Shown: positions 6,203 to 11,224 of the stretch, in pieces
How the letters are laid out: every line of letters starts with the position of its first letter
Numbering within the stretch: the first letter of the stretch is position 1
NCBI GenBank assembly: GCA_027001995.1
Contig: JALTLO010000033.1
Coordinates: 1 to 11,224 of the forward strand
Length of the DNA: 11,224 nt
Direction of reading: 5' to 3'
Origin: Planctomycetota bacterium
GTDB taxonomy: Bacteria > Planctomycetota > GCA-002687715 > DRQF01
Notes under the pieces: model-generated
Seen by the model: the letters and a program-made list of their open reading frames with translations, nothing else
Databases searched by the model: none
What the model was told of the DNA's origin: nothing
Program-made: the position numbers and the translations under genes

Positions 6203-8986
6203 ATGAAACCTTTTTGCCAAAGAAAAATTCTCGTTTGCTTAACTCTCATGATGGGGCTTCTCAGCTCCTGTGGCGACGGACAGAAACCTGACCTGCCCCA
6301 AACAAGAAAGCAAAGCAAAAAATCTGGACCCAAAGAACAGAAACAAAAGCCCAAAGTCCCCATGTTGACCCCAGCCCAGTCCATTGAGGCGACAGAAATA
6401 GCCGGGCCCTATCACTTAGAAACCATCGTAAGCGAGCCCGCAATTGAAGAACCAGTCTTGGTGGCCTGGGACGGCAATGGGCGAATGTATGTCTGTGAAA
6501 TGCGGTCATTCATGCAAAATGTTAAGGGCGAAGGTCAACTTGAGCCCACCAGCCGCATCATTCGCTTCGAAGACAAAGATGACGACGGCCACTACGAAAT
6601 TCGTTCTGTTTTCGCCGACGGTCTTGTTCTTCCCCGGGCCCTCTTGCCTTTAGACGATCGCATTCTGATTCGTGAAACGAACAGCTTGGACATCATCGCT
6701 CTCCGGGATAGGGACGGAGATGGGGAGGCCGATGAGAGAGTCGTCGTTTACCGAAGCCAGCAAGAAGACAAGCGCAACTTGGAACACCAGGATGCCAATC
6801 TATTGTGGAACATCGACAACTGGATCTATAGTTGTCAAGGTGGTCTACGCCATCGCCTTTTAGGGGACGGGTCTTGGCAAACCGAGCCTGTTCTCAGTGA
6901 GATGAATCAATGGGGGCTCACACAAGACGATACGGGTCAGCTCTTCTTCGCTAACAACTCGACCCCAGCACGGGACTTTCAGCAGCCTTGGGTCTATTGG
7001 AACCTACTCAACAATGAATTGATCGCCGCCTATGAAAGAGAGATGTTGGGGCCAAATGTAGAACCTGAATTCTTGGAAACTTGGCCACTTATTGCATCCG
7101 ATGATGCCCAGGGGAGCAGCCAAGAGTTACGCTCCGATGGCACCCTTAAGACCTTCACATGTGCATGCGGCCAGCATATCTATCGTGGTGACGCCCTACC
7201 TCAGCTCAAAGGCGACTTCTTTATCTGCGAACCGGTTGGTCGTTTCATTCGTCATGCCAAGATCATTGAAATAAGTGGCAAGAAAGTCCTGACCAACCCC
7301 CACAAGAAAAGTGAATTCCTGCGCAGCCGCGACTATTTCTTTCGCCCGGTTCACCTGAGCACCGGCCCGGACGGCTATCTCACTCTTGTTGACATGAATC
7401 GCGGCATCATCCAAGAATCCGCCTGGGTCATGGAAGGTAGCACCATTAAGGCTGTTATCGACGAAAAGGGTTTAGCCCACGCCAAGAGAAGAGGTCGTAT
7501 CATGAGGCTTGTTGGCTCGACAGCAGCGCCCCATCGCCCGAATCCGCAGATGCTCAAGGAATCTTCCGCCGAGTTAGTGTCCCACTTGGCACACAGAAAC
7601 GGCTGGTGGCGTGACACAGCGCAGAAGCTACTCGTTTTGCGCCAAGATAAAACCGTTGTTCCGGCCCTCCGCACGCTCTTGCGTCAGCACACCTTTGCCC
7701 TGGCCAGACTTCATGGGCTGTGGACTTTGAATGGCTTAGGAGCCATCAAGAAAAACGATCTTCTTTTGGCTATGCAAGACGAGGACTGGCGAGTCCGAGG
7801 GGCCGCCGTCCGCGTGAGCGAACCTTTCCTTGCCGATGGCGATCAAGAAGTCTTCGACAGCTTGCAGACACTCTTGCATGACAAGTCAGAAAAGGTCCTT
7901 CAGCAAGTCGTTCTCTCTCTGGCCATGGGAGAAAAGAAGATTGCTTGGCCCATCGCGAACATGTTCATCAGCGAGCACTTTTCGGTATCGCTGGTGCGCA
8001 TGGCTGCAATCACAGCATTTCAAAAAGCCCCTCTGCCCATTTTCAAAGCGATGTTTCAGGAGGGTTTCTTTCGTGAGCGCCTCAAAGGAAGCGCCCTCGA
8101 AAAGAGTGCTCCACGCCTGCGCAACGAATGGATTTTTTCTTTGGGCTATCAATTCGCCGCTCAGAGAGTTGTTTCCAAGTACCGAGCCTTGGACGCCGAC
8201 GGAGAAAAGAAGCTCCACCGGGGACAAATGAAATTTCAGCAGAACTGCGTGCAATGTCATGGCAGCGACGGTCGAGGAGCCACCCACCAAGGAAAACTCA
8301 TCGGAGCCAACCTGTCAAAATCAGACCGCATCTTGGGAAACCCCAAGGGCGCTGTCCGCATTCTTCTGCGTGGGCTCAAAGGACAAGTCGATGGAAGAGA
8401 AATAGGCGTGATGATCCCCTACGCTTCCCAAGATGATGCTTTTATCGCCGACATCATCAGCTCTTTGCGGTGGACCCAAAGGAGGTCAATGATCAGCGCC
8501 GACTTTGTGGCTGAGCAAAGGCGCCTCACCCAGGACCGTAAGAGTGCTTGGACTCTGGCAGAATTGGGGCACTGGGCCCCCAGCCAAATCAAACCAAACC
8601 CGAACTGGAAAGTAACAGCAAGCCATGGCGTCGATCTTGTGCGAATGTTTGACAACAACCTACTGAGCCGCTTTTTCTCTGAGATGCCCCAAGAACCGGG
8701 AATGTCGATTGAAATTGACTGGGGAGAAGCTCTCGAAGTGAGTTATCTGGTTTTGGACAGCGGAGATTCCAAAGATGGATACGCCCGCGGTTTCAATGTT
8801 GAAGTCAAAGCGCAAGATGGAAAATGGCAAGAAGTCGGCACCTATGAGAAGGGGCAGGATCAAGTGGAAGAACTGGAGCTCATCCCCATCGCAGCTGCCA
8901 AACTCCGCATCACCCTGACATCCTCAGACCCTCACCCCTGGGGGATTCATGAACTCAAAGTTTATGGGCACAGACCGAAGAAATAA
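6203..8986 (+). CDS. Predicted lipoprotein: PVC-type putative membrane-bound dehydrogenase (beta-propeller) + HEAT-like repeats + cytochrome c (CxxCH) + C-terminal discoidin/F5/8 type C domain
   Basis: Signal peptide with lipobox LLSS-C (Cys23, 6269-6271). The N-terminal region SEPAIEEPVLVAWDGNGRMYVCEM...FEDKDDDG...VFADGLVLPR...NIDNWIY...QWGLTQDDTG...FICEPVGR...EFLRSRDYFFRPV...GPDGYLTLVDMNRG resembles the TIGR02604-type domain. HEAT-like segment LVSHLAHRNGWWRDTAQKLLV...ARLHGLWTL...DWRVRGAAVR. Heme motif CVQCH at 8246-8260 with candidate distal Met at 8411-8413. C-terminus WKVTASH...IEIDWG...DGKWQEV...LRIT...WGIHELKVYG is discoidin-like. ATG 6203 (927 aa) preferred, TTG 6194 is the alternative. 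Confidence 0.88.
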   Translation: MKPFCQRKILVCLTLMMGLLSSCGDGQKPDLPQTRKQSKKSGPKEQKQKPKVPMLTPAQSIEATEIAGPYHLETIVSEPAIEEPVLVAWDGNGRMYVCEMRSFMQNVKGEGQLEPTSRIIRFEDKDDDGHYEIRSVFADGLVLPRALLPLDDRILIRETNSLDIIALRDRDGDGEADERVVVYRSQQEDKRNLEHQDANLLWNIDNWIYSCQGGLRHRLLGDGSWQTEPVLSEMNQWGLTQDDTGQLFFANNSTPARDFQQPWVYWNLLNNELIAAYEREMLGPNVEPEFLETWPLIASDDAQGSSQELRSDGTLKTFTCACGQHIYRGDALPQLKGDFFICEPVGRFIRHAKIIEISGKKVLTNPHKKSEFLRSRDYFFRPVHLSTGPDGYLTLVDMNRGIIQESAWVMEGSTIKAVIDEKGLAHAKRRGRIMRLVGSTAAPHRPNPQMLKESSAELVSHLAHRNGWWRDTAQKLLVLRQDKTVVPALRTLLRQHTFALARLHGLWTLNGLGAIKKNDLLLAMQDEDWRVRGAAVRVSEPFLADGDQEVFDSLQTLLHDKSEKVLQQVVLSLAMGEKKIAWPIANMFISEHFSVSLVRMAAITAFQKAPLPIFKAMFQEGFFRERLKGSALEKSAPRLRNEWIFSLGYQFAAQRVVSKYRALDADGEKKLHRGQMKFQQNCVQCHGSDGRGATHQGKLIGANLSKSDRILGNPKGAVRILLRGLKGQVDGREIGVMIPYASQDDAFIADIISSLRWTQRRSMISADFVAEQRRLTQDRKSAWTLAELGHWAPSQIKPNPNWKVTASHGVDLVRMFDNNLLSRFFSEMPQEPGMSIEIDWGEALEVSYLVLDSGDSKDGYARGFNVEVKAQDGKWQEVGTYEKGQDQVEELELIPIAAAKLRITLTSSDPHPWGIHELKVYGHRPKK

Positions 8987-9006
8987 GAGAAGTGACGCCC
9001 CCCCTC

Positions 9007-10086
9007 TCAGTCAAGAAGGCTAATACTCTTCATCCGCACGAAAACTTTTTTGTTGACGTCAATGCCCAAACGCACACGGGAACGTTTGGTCAACCGTGCC
9101 AAAATTGGAAGTGCTTTCTCCCCTTCACCGCAAAGCACGCGAACAACAAAAACTCCTGGCTCTACTTCTCTCAACTCCGAAACCACCCCATCCAAGACAT
9201 TGAGTATGCTGTCCTGAGAGATTTCTGCCGTCGCCAAGCTTACATCTCGGGCCAAGATTTGCAGCCGCACACGCACACCCAGATCGAGGTCAGTTCGTGG
9301 AATCCACAAACAGCCAGCGTCTGTCCTCACTTGCGACAGATGATCTTCTCCGTCATGGAGGACAACCTCAGCCTCAATCACAGCGCCCTGTTCGCTGCCA
9401 TGATGAGAAGAGAATTCGATCTGGGACAACAAGTCCCTTGTCGTTCCTTCTCTCACGACCTTTCCGGCCTCCACGCAAACAACATAGTCGGCCAATCGCG
9501 CCACTTCCCTCGCAGAATGACTCACGTAGAGAATGGGTAGTTCTTGTTCCCGGGCGACTTGGTCCAAGATCGGCAGAATCTCAAACCTTGCTGCCGCATC
9601 TAGAGCAGAGATGGGCTCGTCCAATAGCAGGATTCTGGGATTTCTGAGAAGAGCCCGGGCCATGGCAACGCGTTGCCGCTGCCCCCCTGACAGTGCACGA
9701 GGATAACGACCAAGGAGATCGCCAATTTGAAACCAATCCACCACCTCTGTCATGGAAATAGAGGTATCATCTTTCAGTCGGTCAAGAGCAAATTTGAGAT
9801 TGCCTAAGGCTGTCAAATGGTCAAACAAATCAACTTCTTGGGAAACCCAACCAATCCGCCTTTGGTGAGGCTGAAGGAATTGTCCTTTGCTGGTATCCAT
9901 CCACACTTCTCCAGCAACACGGACAAGACCGGATGCAGAGGGTTCGTGTCCGGCGACCACTCTCAGGATCGTCGTTTTCCCTGACCCGGAAGGCCCGAAG
10001 AGACTGGTGACACCCTCATGAGACAAAGCCAATGAAACGTCAAGCTTAAACGATCCTCTTTTGAGTTGAATGTTGAGGTCGATCAT
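9007..10086 (-). CDS. modC: Molybdate ABC transporter ATP-binding protein
   Basis: Walker A LFGPSGSGKTT, FLQPHQRRIGWVSQE, LSGGQRQRVAMARALL, LLLDEPISALD, ILYVSHS, and a C-terminal Mop/TOBE domain (ILARDVSLA...SILNVLDG...ILARLTKRSRVRLGI). ATGA overlap with modB. Confidence 0.95.
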   Translation of the reverse strand: MIDLNIQLKRGSFKLDVSLALSHEGVTSLFGPSGSGKTTILRVVAGHEPSASGLVRVAGEVWMDTSKGQFLQPHQRRIGWVSQEVDLFDHLTALGNLKFALDRLKDDTSISMTEVVDWFQIGDLLGRYPRALSGGQRQRVAMARALLRNPRILLLDEPISALDAAARFEILPILDQVAREQELPILYVSHSAREVARLADYVVCVEAGKVVREGTTRDLLSQIEFSSHHGSEQGAVIEAEVVLHDGEDHLSQVRTDAGCLWIPRTDLDLGVRVRLQILARDVSLATAEISQDSILNVLDGVVSELREVEPGVFVVRVLCGEGEKALPILARLTKRSRVRLGIDVNKKVFVRMKSISLLD

Positions 10087-10772
10087 GGGGAGCCATCCCC
10101 CCTTCTATCCCCAAGACGGAAGATGAGAATGAGAGCAGAGAAAGAAATAAGAAGTAAGCCCGCCGAAAGGAGATGTGCCGAGGCGTAGTCTTGAGATTCT
10201 ACATGTTCGTAAATGGTGATCGACAAGACATCGGTAACGTGAGTGATATTGCCACCAATCATCAACACAACGCCGAATTCGCCCATGGTATGAGCGAAGG
10301 TGAGCACGCAACCCGTGAGGATGCCTCTTTTTGCCACGGGCAAAGCCAGATGAAAAAACCGATCCCAGGGCCCAGCTCCCAAGGAAGCTGCAACTTCAAC
10401 TTTGCGATCGCTGAGTGCCCCGAAAGCCGATGTCACCGGTTGCACCATGAAAGGCAAGGAATAGCAAAAGGAGCCAATCACCAAGCCAGCGAAGGAAAAC
10501 ACCAAGCGTCCTCCCCCCAACATGCCCCAAAACGAACCTAGAAACCCTCGAGGGGCCAGAGCAATCAGAAGATAAAACCCAAGCACCGTCGGTGGCAAAA
10601 CCAAAGGCAATGCAACCAAAGCCTGAACAACCAAGCGCAAACGTGAGCGGGACCGGGCCAACCACCAAGAAAGCGGGACCCCAAACAACAAAAGAAGGAG
10701 CGTTGTCATGGCGCTAAGTTGCAGAGTGAGAGACACCGTCGGCCAAATATTCTTGTCGAAAGCGAGGAACAT
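10083..10772 (-). CDS. modB: Molybdate ABC transporter permease
   Basis: LPLVLPPTVLGFYLL, FSFAGLVIGSFCYSLPFMVQP, EAA-like loop EVAASLGAGPWDRFF, FAHTMGEFGVVLMIGGNI. ATG at 10772 overlaps the modA stop (TGATG). TTG at 10775 is an alternative start. Confidence 0.95.
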   Translation of the reverse strand: MFLAFDKNIWPTVSLTLQLSAMTTLLLLLFGVPLSWWLARSRSRLRLVVQALVALPLVLPPTVLGFYLLIALAPRGFLGSFWGMLGGGRLVFSFAGLVIGSFCYSLPFMVQPVTSAFGALSDRKVEVAASLGAGPWDRFFHLALPVAKRGILTGCVLTFAHTMGEFGVVLMIGGNITHVTDVLSITIYEHVESQDYASAHLLSAGLLLISFSALILIFRLGDRRGDGSP

Positions 10773-11224
10773 CAACCACCCTCCACATCATAGCCGGCGG
10801 TTTTGATGATTCGGCGAGAACTCTCTCGCTTCAAGAATTCAAGAAAGCGACGGGGGAAATGATCTTCGGGGCTCGAATCCAAGACAACCCCCACTTGGGC
10901 AATCGAATCATGCCGAGAAGAATCCAGGAGGCGAAATGGAAATACATCCTTTTTCGCCATGGACCAGGGGCCCAGAGCATAATCGGCGGCTCCACTTTTC
11001 AAGAAGTGCCAGGCGTGCGCCGCATTTTCACCACGTACAAGGGTGATCCCACTTGCCCCCTCACGAACGCCCGCCTGTTTAAGAACATCCATGGCAGCGA
11101 CACCGAAGGGGGCTAGGCGTTCGTTGGCCATGGCTAAAGTAACAGCCTTTCCCTTAGACAAGGCCTTCAAGCTTGAGGGGAGCTTTTCTCCCGCTGCACA
11201 AGCGAAGACCAATCGCCCCAAGGC
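10772..11224 (-). CDS. modA: Molybdate ABC transporter substrate-binding protein; partial, N-terminus beyond the right edge
   Basis: The frame is open from the window edge: ALGRLVF...LAMANERLAPFGVAAMDVL...LVRGENAAHAWHFLKSGAAD...HDSIAQ...FLEFLK...IIKTAGY, matching the C-terminal half of ModA. It lies directly upstream of modB-modC. Confidence 0.88.
   Translation of the reverse strand, partial: ALGRLVFACAAGEKLPSSLKALSKGKAVTLAMANERLAPFGVAAMDVLKQAGVREGASGITLVRGENAAHAWHFLKSGAADYALGPWSMAKKDVFPFRLLDSSRHDSIAQVGVVLDSSPEDHFPRRFLEFLKRESSRRIIKTAGYDVEGG

Noticed and set aside
5712..6220. Two antisense ORFs of 160 and 151 aa
   Set aside because: They lie opposite hydrophobic permease coding sequence, which commonly leaves open antisense frames. 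No motifs are recognisable.
7151..7175. TCACGQH as a second heme-binding motif
   Set aside because: The spacing is CxCxxH, not CxxCH, and it sits in a propeller segment. At most it is a disulfide or metal-contact candidate, and I cannot support that.
8992..9647. Plus-strand ORFs 8992..9540 (182 aa) and 9297..9647 as a sixth operon gene
   Set aside because: Both are almost entirely antisense to the well-conserved modC and lack recognisable domains.
6203..11224. Idea that modABC supplies molybdenum to the neighbouring dehydrogenase-like lipoprotein
   Set aside because: The lipoprotein has no molybdopterin-oxidoreductase features and no Tat signal, and the operons are convergent, so adjacency gives no support.
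1..11224. CRISPR arrays, tRNA/rRNA, IS or prophage elements, defence systems, RiPP precursor for the exporter
   Set aside because: I saw no spaced direct repeats, terminal inverted repeats, transposase, integrase or nuclease motifs. The only sizeable intergenic region (1475-1747) contains no independent small ORF with a credible SD.

Overview
Gene-dense bacterial window with three transcription units. No mobile elements, RNA genes or CRISPR arrays are visible. (1) Minus strand, running off the left edge: an ADP-forming acyl/acetate--CoA ligase (alpha-beta fusion type). It is absent from the supplied ORF track because its stop lies outside the window. (2) Plus strand, divergent from it: a tightly coupled five-gene run of a periplasmic adaptor (MFP), a MacB/LolD-type ABC ATPase, two MacB/FtsX-type permeases and a ~927-aa predicted lipoprotein. 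The lipoprotein combines a PVC-type putative membrane-bound dehydrogenase beta-propeller, HEAT-like repeats, a c-type cytochrome (CxxCH) and a C-terminal discoidin/F5/8-type-C domain. (3) Minus strand, convergent with unit 2: a modA(partial)-modB-modC molybdate ABC importer. The heme lipoprotein suggests a Planctomycetota/PVC-like or Bacteroidota-like organism (inference). The best candidate for an undescribed system is the ABC exporter/extractor, whose adaptor has an unusually long hairpin and an altered tip motif, apparently co-transcribed with the multidomain heme lipoprotein. Each part belongs to a known family, so the functional link is a hypothesis only.
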